Below are positions 41,959 to 50,514 of a stretch of DNA of 64,000 bases, one piece after another. Position numbers and translations under genes: made by a program. This DNA comes from an uncultured Thermoanaerobaculia bacterium (lineage in GTDB: Bacteria > Acidobacteriota > Thermoanaerobaculia > Thermoanaerobaculales > Sulfomarinibacteraceae), in the NCBI GenBank assembly GCA_964609835.1, contig CAZSTH010000001.1, forward strand, positions 34,087-98,086, given 5' to 3'. The stretch's first letter is position 1. Every line of letters starts with the position of its first letter. Under the pieces are notes generated by a model. That model was not told the DNA's origin. It searched no databases and saw only the letters and a list, made by a program, of their open reading frames with translations.

Positions 41959-44073
41959 TCAGCCCACCAGCCAGGTGTCATCGACCGGATGATAGCTCGC
42001 CAGGCCCTCGCGGAGGCGTTCAAGCTCGTTGCCGGTCATCCGCGCGCAGCGTTCGCGCGTCGCCGCGATCATCGCCGCATCGCGGGCGAGGTCGGCAAAA
42101 CGAAAAGCTGCCGGACCCCACTGCCGGGTTCCCGTCAGCTCGCCCGGCCCGCGGAGACGGAGGTCAGCCTCCGCGATTTCGAAGCCGTCGCCGGTTTGGC
42201 ACACCGCCTCGAGGCGCTGGCGCGCGGCCTCGCCCGGCTCGTCATCGACCAGCAGGATGCACCAGGAGGCCCGCTCGCCGCGGCCGACCCGTCCGCGCAG
42301 CTGGTGGAGCTGGGACAGCCCGAAATGCTGCGCCGATTCGATCACCATCACAGTTGCCTCCGGCACGTCCACGCCGACCTCGACGACCGTGGTCGCGAGC
42401 AGGAGCCGATCGTCCCCCGAGCGGAACCGCGCCGTCACCAGCTCCCGTTCCTCGCGGCTCAGCCTGCCGTGGAGGATGCCGACACCGAACTCCGAAAACG
42501 CCTCCCGAACCTCGGCCTCGCGGTCCTCGATCGACGCCAGCTCGAGGTCCTCGTTGGCGTCGATGTGCGGACACACTATGAAGCCCCGCCCGCCCTCCTC
42601 GAGCTCACTGCGCAGGAAACGGTAGATGCGCGATCGGGCACCCACGGTCCTCAGCTCGGTCCGCACCGGCCGCCGGCCCGGTGGCATCTCGTCGACCAGC
42701 GACAGATCGAGATCGCCGTACACGGTCATCGTCAGGGAGCGCGGAATCGGCGTCGCCGTCATCACTAGCAGGTGCGGCGAATGCCCCTTGCGAAGCAGGG
42801 CAGTGCGTTGGGTGACGCCGAATCGGTGCTGCTCGTCGACCACCACCATCCCAAGCCTTCGGTAGATCACCGCCTCTTGAAACAGCGCGTGGGTGCCGAC
42901 AACCAACCGGATGGACCCATCCGCCACTCCACCGACCACCTGCCGGCGCTCCCGTGCGCTCAGGGAGCCGACCAGGAGCGCCGGCGGATACCCCGCCGTG
43001 TCGAGCACTTCCAGCGACCTCAGGTGCTGCTCGGCCAGGAGCTCGGTCGGCGCCATCATCGCCACCTGGAACCCGGCTTCGAGCACCAGAGACATAGCGA
43101 GAGCCGCAACCACGGTCTTGCCCGAGCCGACATCGCCCTGAACCAGGCGGGCCATGGGGCGCGGCCGCCCGAGGTCGGCTGCAATCTCGGCCACCACCCT
43201 CTCCTGAGCCGCTGTCAACCGGAACGGCAGCAGCGAGCGCACACCCCTGTCGGCCCCCCGCGCCGGCACCACCTGCGGCGCCTTCATGTCCCGACGCCGC
43301 CGCCGCGTACGCTCCACCGCGCACGCGTAGGCCATCAGCTCGTCGAATGCGAGCCGCGTGTGGGCTCCTGAACGACCTTCCTCGAGCGCATGCAGCGCCA
43401 CCTCCCGCGCCGCCGGGTCGGCGGGAAGCTGCGGTCGATGGAGCGCGACCAGGCTGTCCGCTATGCTCGGCAGTCCGGTGTCGCGCCGGATCGCGGCCGG
43501 CAGCGGGTCTAGGCAGCCGCTCGCCGCGACCAGGCATTGTTCAATCCACCGCCGCACGGCCCGTGATCCGAAGCGGCCGAGGCGGGGGTAGACCGGCACG
43601 ACACCTTCGGCGCCGTCCTCGCCGGGCTCGATCTCGGGGTTGACGAGCTCGAGGCCACCGCCGCGCCGGCGGCGGAGCCGTCCCCAGAGATAGAGCACGG
43701 GCTCGTTCTCGAGCCGGGCGCGGACCCACGGCTGATTGAACCACACAGCGGATAGGTGTGCGTGGCCGTCTTTGACCACTCCGTCCACGATGGTGAGCCG
43801 GCGCTTCGGGATGCGGCGCTCCCGGATCGCCGTGACGCGGCCGCGTACCAGCACCGGGCCACCCTCGCCCTGCAGCGAGTCGAGGCGCGCGACGCGGGAC
43901 CGGTCCTCCCACCGCCGGGGCAGAACGAACAGCAGATCCCGGACGGTCTTCAGGCGCTCGGCAGCGAGAGCCTCCGCCGATCGCGGGCCGATGCCCTTGA
44001 GCGCTGTCAGCGGGTCGTCGGGACCAAGCGGGCGGCCGCCGTCACTCAATCGCCGTTGGTCTCGAAGCGGCAC
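41959..44073 (-). CDS. recG: ATP-dependent DNA helicase RecG
   Basis: Wedge domain followed by GDVGSGKT, DEQHRFG, MTATPIPR and QLHQLRGRVGRG. An alternative TTG start at 44049 overlaps the upstream stop. Confidence 0.95.
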   Translation of the reverse strand: MPLRDQRRLSDGGRPLGPDDPLTALKGIGPRSAEALAAERLKTVRDLLFVLPRRWEDRSRVARLDSLQGEGGPVLVRGRVTAIRERRIPKRRLTIVDGVVKDGHAHLSAVWFNQPWVRARLENEPVLYLWGRLRRRRGGGLELVNPEIEPGEDGAEGVVPVYPRLGRFGSRAVRRWIEQCLVAASGCLDPLPAAIRRDTGLPSIADSLVALHRPQLPADPAAREVALHALEEGRSGAHTRLAFDELMAYACAVERTRRRRRDMKAPQVVPARGADRGVRSLLPFRLTAAQERVVAEIAADLGRPRPMARLVQGDVGSGKTVVAALAMSLVLEAGFQVAMMAPTELLAEQHLRSLEVLDTAGYPPALLVGSLSARERRQVVGGVADGSIRLVVGTHALFQEAVIYRRLGMVVVDEQHRFGVTQRTALLRKGHSPHLLVMTATPIPRSLTMTVYGDLDLSLVDEMPPGRRPVRTELRTVGARSRIYRFLRSELEEGGRGFIVCPHIDANEDLELASIEDREAEVREAFSEFGVGILHGRLSREERELVTARFRSGDDRLLLATTVVEVGVDVPEATVMVIESAQHFGLSQLHQLRGRVGRGERASWCILLVDDEPGEAARQRLEAVCQTGDGFEIAEADLRLRGPGELTGTRQWGPAAFRFADLARDAAMIAATRERCARMTGNELERLREGLASYHPVDDTWLVG

Positions 44074-44843
44074 TGGATCGTGCCGAAGACGACGGCGTCC
44101 CCGGGCGTTAGCGGCGCGGCGCGGCCCGCTACCAGCCGGACGCCGTTGACGAACGTCCCGTTCATGGTTCCCACGTCCTCGACGAGGCTGAAGGAACCGT
44201 CATCCTCGCGGCGAACGCGGGCATGCCGGCGCGAGATCGATCGCTTGCCATCCACCGGGGTCAGGTCCACGTCCGGCATGATCCCGGTGACCGGGTCGAT
44301 CCGGCCGATCGTTGTCTCCTTCGATTCCGACAGCGGGAAGGAGATCCCGCTCGAGACCTCCACCAACCGGGCATGCGGGTCGAGAGGGGCGGCCGGCGCC
44401 GGCTCCTTGATTCCCGACTCCTCGATGTCGACCTCGTGGCCCACCGCGTCCTCGAGCAGCTCGGTCGTCTGCTGCAGTCTCCGCACCAACTTGCGCATCA
44501 TGCGGATCGCGATCTCCGGGTTGTGCTTGAGAATGAACGTGAATGCGGACTGGTCGATCATCACCAGCTGGACGTCCTCCACGGCGTGCGCGGAAGCCGA
44601 TCGCGGGCGCTCGTCCTCGAGCATGCACATCTCGCCGAAGAAGTCGCCCTTGCCGAGGGTCGCGAGCACCTGCTCCCGGCCGCCGAGCCGTTTCCTGATC
44701 TCGACCTGACCGCCCTCGATCACGTACATCGCGAGGCCGAGGTCGCCCTCGGCAAAGATCACGCTGCCCTTCGGAAACTCGGTTCGCATCGGTTCCAGAG
44801 AGTCGTGGGTATCGCTCGTGGACTTGACCTTGAACTTCGCCAT
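44046..44843 (-). CDS. cyclic-nucleotide-binding domain / FHA domain protein
   Basis: The cNMP cassette GDFFGEMCML...RPRSASAHA carries the FGE..RSA phosphate-binding motif. The C-terminal FHA domain shows TTIGR...ISRRHARV...GTMNGTFVNG. Confidence 0.85.
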   Translation of the reverse strand: MAKFKVKSTSDTHDSLEPMRTEFPKGSVIFAEGDLGLAMYVIEGGQVEIRKRLGGREQVLATLGKGDFFGEMCMLEDERPRSASAHAVEDVQLVMIDQSAFTFILKHNPEIAIRMMRKLVRRLQQTTELLEDAVGHEVDIEESGIKEPAPAAPLDPHARLVEVSSGISFPLSESKETTIGRIDPVTGIMPDVDLTPVDGKRSISRRHARVRREDDGSFSLVEDVGTMNGTFVNGVRLVAGRAAPLTPGDAVVFGTIQCRFETNGD

Positions 44844-44844
44844 C

Positions 44845-45771
44845 TCAGCTCCACACCACGCAACCGAGCCGCGTGTCGACGGAGACCTCGGCGCCGATCG
44901 GCAGTGCCAGGTTCACGGCGCCGTGGCCGAACGGCAGGTCAACCACCACCGGCGCGCCCTCGGGAGCCGATTCTTCGAGCATGCAACACCACCTTCGCGA
45001 CCGTTCCGGAGCCGGGCGGCAATCACGCAAGCTCCCGCCAATCAATGCTTTCACCTTCCGCAATCTACCAGAGGACCGAAGGTGGGTCAACATCCGGTCG
45101 AGCCTGTAGAGGGGCTCGCCAACGTCCTCGAGAAACACCACCGAGCCCGCGAAGTCGGGCTCCCAGTCGGTGCCGATCAGGGACACCAGCACGCTGAGAT
45201 TCCCGCCGACGGAGGCCCCGACGGCAGCTCCGTGGCGCACCACCTGTCGCTCGCCGAATCTGAACAGACACTCGCCGCGGAGGCTCCCCTCCATCAGGTG
45301 GCGCAGCCGTGCGGCGTTGCGCGGGCGGTGCAGGCCTGCCGCGACCATCGGACCGTGGACCTGAACCGTTCCGCCCCGGCGCGCCAGCGGGTTGAGCAAC
45401 GCCGTCACATCGGAGAAGCCGACCAGCGCTACGTCGAGTTCGTGCAGCAGGTCCCAGCCCAGCCGGTCGAGAAGCCGGGTAGCACCGTAGCCGCCCCTGG
45501 CCGCCACGATCCAGCGCGCCCCGTGCTCCACGACCTCGGCCAGCCCGGCCAAACGCTCCTCGTCGTCACCGGCGAGGTAGCCCGCCCTCCGTCCCACGTT
45601 CTCCGCCACCACCACCGGGTGGCCCCAACCACGCACGACACCGAGGCCGGCCTCGAGGCGCTCTCGATCGACCGGCCCCGACAGCGCCGCCACGCCGATC
45701 GGCTCGCCGCGCTCGAGTCGCTTGAACGTCGCGTTCACGCTCTCAGCATGCCACGGATCGCGAGGTCGCAC
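44845..45771 (-). CDS. ldcA: LD-carboxypeptidase (S66 family, LdcA-like)
   Basis: IGVAALSGPV, AGYLAGDDEERLAGL, AARGGYGATRLL, DLPFGHG. The start may lie a few codons downstream. Confidence 0.8.
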   Translation of the reverse strand: MRPRDPWHAESVNATFKRLERGEPIGVAALSGPVDRERLEAGLGVVRGWGHPVVVAENVGRRAGYLAGDDEERLAGLAEVVEHGARWIVAARGGYGATRLLDRLGWDLLHELDVALVGFSDVTALLNPLARRGGTVQVHGPMVAAGLHRPRNAARLRHLMEGSLRGECLFRFGERQVVRHGAAVGASVGGNLSVLVSLIGTDWEPDFAGSVVFLEDVGEPLYRLDRMLTHLRSSGRLRKVKALIGGSLRDCRPAPERSRRWCCMLEESAPEGAPVVVDLPFGHGAVNLALPIGAEVSVDTRLGCVVWS

Positions 45772-45820
45772 GCCACTTTCCCGCCATCCAGGTGCGCGGC
45801 GTCACCCTCCGGCACGGTCC

Positions 45821-45859
45821 CCTTCAGCATTTCGTGCCGCCCGACGGCGCGGGCGGCAC

Positions 45860-45872
<13 letters not shown>
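45821..45872 (-). other. perfect 22-bp hairpin overlapping the 3' end of rnpB (terminator-like, no U tract)
   Basis: The arms at 45821..45842 and 45851..45872 are exact reverse complements, with an 8-nt loop. The arm at 45860..45872 is also the 3' strand of RNase P helix P1. Confidence 0.7.
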
Positions 45873-46245
<373 letters not shown>

Positions 46246-46310
46246 GCAGGATACACCCTGGAGCGTCAAGCCGCCAGTCCGGGGTCCGCGTCCGTTTCCG
46301 CGTTCGGGGA

Positions 46311-46359
46311 ACGGTGACGGTCAGCGGTGACGGTTGACGGAGACGGTGACGGTCAGCGG
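46311..46359. repeat. 17-nt direct repeat ACGGTGACGGTCAGCGG (x2, 32-nt period) within a GACGG-rich tract
   Basis: Copies at 46311..46327 and 46343..46359. GACGG occurs about 6 times between 46311 and 46359, 65-115 nt upstream of the rnpB 5' end. Confidence 0.6.
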
Positions 46360-46414
46360 ACACAGTGGCGGTCCGCATCGGCAACCGCGTCGCGAAACCA
46401 GGAGAACCCAGGGG

Positions 46415-47098
46415 TTAGACCACCCTGTTCATGCAGGTGACGGCGTACCCCGACAGCGACCCGGGCACGAAGCGGCAGTGGAGGCGGAAGCCGCGCTGGC
46501 GCACCTCGACTAGGGCCGCCTCGCCGTCAACCGTCCGGAAGCTTCGGCTGGCCTTGCGCAGCAGCCTCGACCGCAGCAGGTGGGAGACCTCTTCGAGGGT
46601 CTCGATGTCCTGCAGCAGCAGGGTCAGCCGCAGCGGGCTCGCGAGCTCGATGCTGGCCTCGAGGACCGCGGACTCGAAGGCCTCCACCATCTCCTCGACC
46701 TCCAACCCTCGCCCCCGCCACACTCCCAGCGGCTCCACGGTCAGCGACGACATCCCGCGCCTGACCGCGTCCTTCAAAATCGAGGACAGCGCCCGGCGGA
46801 CATTGCCGGCGCGGCAGGTCGGCTTGGCCTCGAGGTCGTGCACCACAGCCTGGTAGCTCCAGTAGGCGTCATCGGTACGGCTCCGCAGCAAAAGGTACCG
46901 CCCCACCGGGATCGGTCGATGTTCGGCGATCGCGACGTACGCGGCGTCGAGCCCGTCGTCACGGTCGAGGTCGAGGATGCCCGGCCCGGCCATCACCAGG
47001 TTGCGATCCTCCTGGACGACCGTCGCATCCGGGTGCAATCGTCTCCCGAGGGCCTCGTTCAGATCGAGGTCGAGTCGCAGGCTGAACTCGCGGACCAC
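46415..47098 (-). CDS. hypothetical protein, weakly macro-domain-like
   Basis: 227 aa with a GTG start. VVQEDRNLVMAGPG, AVVHDLE and MSSLTVEPLG loosely recall macro-domain motifs (IVNAAN..GGG, IIHAVGP, SIAFPAIS). No firm assignment. Confidence 0.5.
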   Translation of the reverse strand: MVREFSLRLDLDLNEALGRRLHPDATVVQEDRNLVMAGPGILDLDRDDGLDAAYVAIAEHRPIPVGRYLLLRSRTDDAYWSYQAVVHDLEAKPTCRAGNVRRALSSILKDAVRRGMSSLTVEPLGVWRGRGLEVEEMVEAFESAVLEASIELASPLRLTLLLQDIETLEEVSHLLRSRLLRKASRSFRTVDGEAALVEVRQRGFRLHCRFVPGSLSGYAVTCMNRVV

Positions 47099-47189
47099 CA
47101 GAACATTCTACCCCGTATTTCTCACCATCCCGCTCCTGCCGACCGCGATCTGCAGCGACGTGCGGCGCCTTCTCGCCTCGGATTCGACC

Positions 47190-48323
47190 TCAGTTGCCGT
47201 TGCCGCCCGTCGCCCGTTTCGCCATGTCGGGCGTGATCCGCAGCCGGTGCCGGCCGTCCCCCATCTCCTCCATGTCCTCGTGCTGCCAGGGGTCGAACTC
47301 GAGGCGGTTGACGATCTTGTTGAAGACCGTGCGCAGGGCCCGGGCCCCGGTCCGGATGTTCTGCTCCGCCGCCTCGGCGATCATCGCAGCCGCCACGTCG
47401 TCAAGCTCCAACTGGATGTCCATGACCTCGAAGAACGCCTTCGACCGCAGATAGGGCGAGTCGAGGGACTCCAGCAGGATCTCCTTGAGCACCTGTACGT
47501 CGAGGTCGCGGAGCAACACCACATTGTCGAAGCGGGCCATGAACTGCGGCACCATGCCGTACTCGAAGAGGTCCTCGGGCTTCAGGAAGTCCGCGAGCGC
47601 GAAGCGGGTCTCGATCCGGACCTGGCCGTCGGCGGTCTGCACCGCCTGCGACTTGAGCTTCTCACCGCTCGAGGGATTGATCACCCGCAGGTAGACCTGG
47701 TCGTAGAGACCCTCGAAGGCACCACCGCAGATGAACATCATGTGCCGCGTGTCGATGTTAAGGGTGACCGCCTTCTCCTCGTCGCCCACGCAGGCGAAGG
47801 TCTTGTAGGTCACGACCTCCCCCTCCATCAGGGTCAGCAGGCCCTGTTGCAGGACGACCCCAATGGGATTGGGCTTGCCCGCGACGATCGACGACATCTT
47901 GTCCACCTCGTCGATGCAGATGGTGGCTCGCTCCATGGTCTCACGCAGCGCGTCCGGGCTCGGCTGCTCGCCCACCAGGGCCCGCGCCCGCTGCTCGACC
48001 GCCTCCAGCAGCCGCGCCGGCTGGAACTCCATTCGCTCCGAGTCGACCAGCAGGTTGGCGTTGATGATGGTCATCGCCCGGAACGGCCGGTATTCCGGCA
48101 CGTCGTGGTACATCCGCTGGATGTTGTTCATGATGGTGGTCTTACCGGTGCCGGAGTTCCCGATCAGCAGGATATTGCCCGGCACCCTGCCGGTGGTGTG
48201 CTTGTAGACGGCGACCGACACGTAGCGAAGGGCCGAGTTCTGCCCGAGCACGCCCTTGCGGAGCTCGTCGAAGATCTCCGGCGGCGCGATCTTCTCGAGC
48301 GGTCGCAGCTGACCATCGCTCAT
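47190..48323 (-). CDS. ClpX-like AAA+ ATPase lacking zinc-finger, GYVG pore loop and IGF loop
   Basis: Collinear with ClpX: VLGQNSALRYVSVAVYKH, Walker A GNSGTGKT, Walker B ICIDEVDK, VLQQGLLTLMEG, MFICGGAFEGL, PEDLFEYGMVPQFMARF, TGARALRTV. Start ATG 48323 overlaps the stop of the upstream gene (ATGA). Confidence 0.85.
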   Translation of the reverse strand: MSDGQLRPLEKIAPPEIFDELRKGVLGQNSALRYVSVAVYKHTTGRVPGNILLIGNSGTGKTTIMNNIQRMYHDVPEYRPFRAMTIINANLLVDSERMEFQPARLLEAVEQRARALVGEQPSPDALRETMERATICIDEVDKMSSIVAGKPNPIGVVLQQGLLTLMEGEVVTYKTFACVGDEEKAVTLNIDTRHMMFICGGAFEGLYDQVYLRVINPSSGEKLKSQAVQTADGQVRIETRFALADFLKPEDLFEYGMVPQFMARFDNVVLLRDLDVQVLKEILLESLDSPYLRSKAFFEVMDIQLELDDVAAAMIAEAAEQNIRTGARALRTVFNKIVNRLEFDPWQHEDMEEMGDGRHRLRITPDMAKRATGGNGN

Positions 48324-49507
48324 CACGCGACCTCCCACACCCCTTCCCGCTGCACCAGCTCGGTCCCGTCCACCTGCACCGACCGGCCGCAACCGCCGGG
48401 TCGGAAGTCGGTGACGATGTCCACGTGCTGCGCCGAGCGGTTGAGCACGCCCCGCTTCGCGAGATCGTCGATCCGCTCCTTGCCCGCATCGGAGGCGGCG
48501 TTCTCGACGAAGCACTCGTCGTAGCTGGCGCCGATCGCGATGTGGAGGGTTCCCCCGACCTTCTCGACGAACAGCGGGTGCTTGAGCACTTGGTCGAGGC
48601 CCGGGTTCATCCCCAGCGCGACCTCCCCGAGCCGGTGCGAACCGTCGTCGGTCTCGATGATCGCCGCGAGGTGATCCTGTCCCACCTGTGCCGAGTAGTC
48701 GACGATGCGTCCGCCGTCGAAGCGCAGGTAGATGCCGCTGATGTCATTGCCGCCGTAGCTCACCGGCAGGTCGACGAAGATCTCGCCCTGCGCGCTGTTG
48801 GCGTCCGGGCTCGTGAAGATCTCACCGTCGGGGAAGTTTCGGAGGCCGTAGGACATGACCGCGCGGCCCTCGCTGATGTCGAGCTTGAGCGACAGCTCGC
48901 GAGCATCGTCGGGGTGCTCGGTCACGATGCGGATCTTGGTGCCGTCGTCGATCACCGGCGCGAGCTTCCGCTCGGCCTCGAGCAGCGGCCTCGGATCGGT
49001 GGTGGAGGCGCCCACGATGAATCGCTCGTAGGTTTCGTACGCCATCTCCTCCTGGGCGGCCGCGGCGGGGGTCGGGAAGAGCGTGATCACCCAGGGCTTG
49101 GACAGGCGGATGTTGGCGAACGGCCGGTCGGCTGCCGCGAGGGCCTGGGTCTGCTGCGCCGAGAGCCCTTTGAACTGTTCCGGGGCCTCGGCTCCGAGGA
49201 CCTCCACGTACTTGGTCATGCTCTCGTAGCGTTGGCGGTGCCACTCAGGAACCCGCTGCAGCTGCCCGTCGGTCGCGGAGCGGCCCATCGCCGCCGACCA
49301 CACGCGTCCGCGGTCGTTGTCCGGCGGCACGAGACAGACGTCCGGCACCGCGCCCGCCTCGATCACCTTGCGCTGCAGAACCGCCATCAGCGGCCAGCAG
49401 ATCCCTTCGCCCTTGATCATCACGCGATCGTCGGCGCCGACGCCGCCGAGCGAGTGGTCGAGCAGGTAACCCGCCCATACCTCGAGATCGTGTTCGTCGA
49501 TCATCAC
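48323..49507 (-). CDS. M29-family aminopeptidase (AmpS/PepS-like)
   Basis: LRNFPDGEIFTSP, GEVALGMNPG, VGGTLHIAIG and HVDIV match the M29 pattern. Start is GTG 49507 or ATG 49504, with a GGGGAG SD. Confidence 0.85.
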   Translation of the reverse strand: MMIDEHDLEVWAGYLLDHSLGGVGADDRVMIKGEGICWPLMAVLQRKVIEAGAVPDVCLVPPDNDRGRVWSAAMGRSATDGQLQRVPEWHRQRYESMTKYVEVLGAEAPEQFKGLSAQQTQALAAADRPFANIRLSKPWVITLFPTPAAAAQEEMAYETYERFIVGASTTDPRPLLEAERKLAPVIDDGTKIRIVTEHPDDARELSLKLDISEGRAVMSYGLRNFPDGEIFTSPDANSAQGEIFVDLPVSYGGNDISGIYLRFDGGRIVDYSAQVGQDHLAAIIETDDGSHRLGEVALGMNPGLDQVLKHPLFVEKVGGTLHIAIGASYDECFVENAASDAGKERIDDLAKRGVLNRSAQHVDIVTDFRPGGCGRSVQVDGTELVQREGVWEVA

Positions 49508-49537
49508 AACTCCCCTGCCGCAGAGGCGGCGGTCGGC

Positions 49538-49543
49538 ATTGTA
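49538..49543 (-). promoter_or_regulatory. putative -10 box TACAAT upstream of the M29/ClpX-like pair
   Basis: TACAAT lies 30 nt upstream of the M29 start, in the 52-nt gap after the SDR gene. Confidence 0.4.
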
Positions 49544-49559
49544 GCTCGGAAGCCGTGGG

Positions 49560-50420
49560 CTATGGGGCTCCGGGGGTCACCGCTCGACCGAGCCGCTCGA
49601 GACCGAACCGCCGCGACAGGATGCGGTCGCGAAGCCGGACCGGCAGCAGGGCCAGGAAGGGGAGCAACCGCGATCCCGATCCGAGGCGCAGCGTGTGCGG
49701 CGGGCGCTCGCCCGTCACCGCCGCGACCACTGCACGAGCGAACTCCTCGACGCCGATGGAACGGTGCTCCGAGAAGCGTGCGCGGGCCTCGATCGCGTCC
49801 TGAACCGTGCTGTAGACAGAGCCCTTCCGATAACGGTCGACCCCGCCCATTGCGGTCGTGCTGAAGCGGGTCGCGACTGCACCAGGCTGCACGGTCACGA
49901 CGTCGATCCCGAACGGAGCGAGCTCCATCCGCAGCGCATCCGAAAGCAGGTGGACCGCAGCCTTGGAGCCGCTGTAGGCGCCGCCGAACGGAGCCGCGAT
50001 GATTCCCGACGCGCTGCCGATGTTGACGATGGTGCCCGAGCCCGCACCGATCATGTGCGGAACCACGGCCTGCGTCACCGCCACCAGCCCGACGACGTTG
50101 GTCTCGAGCTGCCGCCGTAGCTCGGCCAGATCGAGCTCGGATACCGGACCGATCAGACCGTAACCGGCGTTGTTGACCACGATGTCGACCCGACCCGCCC
50201 ACTCGAGGCAGGATGCAACTGCAGCGTCGATCGTCGCCGGCGAGGTGACGTCGAGAGCCGCCGTCGCGACCGCCTCTCGCGCGATGTCGGCCAGGCTTTC
50301 CGGCCTCCTGGCTGTCGCCATCACCCGGTGACCCGCGACGGCGAACGCCCCCACCAGCTCGCGCCCGATCCCTGACGAGCAACCGGTCACCAGAGCGACC
50401 CGTTCAGCCGCGTTCGCCAT
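49560..50420 (-). CDS. short-chain dehydrogenase/reductase
   Basis: TGCSSGIG cofactor motif, NNAG, and YSGSKAA (YxxxK). Confidence 0.9.
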   Translation of the reverse strand: MANAAERVALVTGCSSGIGRELVGAFAVAGHRVMATARRPESLADIAREAVATAALDVTSPATIDAAVASCLEWAGRVDIVVNNAGYGLIGPVSELDLAELRRQLETNVVGLVAVTQAVVPHMIGAGSGTIVNIGSASGIIAAPFGGAYSGSKAAVHLLSDALRMELAPFGIDVVTVQPGAVATRFSTTAMGGVDRYRKGSVYSTVQDAIEARARFSEHRSIGVEEFARAVVAAVTGERPPHTLRLGSGSRLLPFLALLPVRLRDRILSRRFGLERLGRAVTPGAP

Positions 50421-50514
50421 GCAACACCTCCGCGGCGACCTGTCGATGGCCGCATCCTACAGCCTCCAGCCTCGACCCCCTCTCCCAATTTAGAATCGAG
50501 TATCATCACCGACC

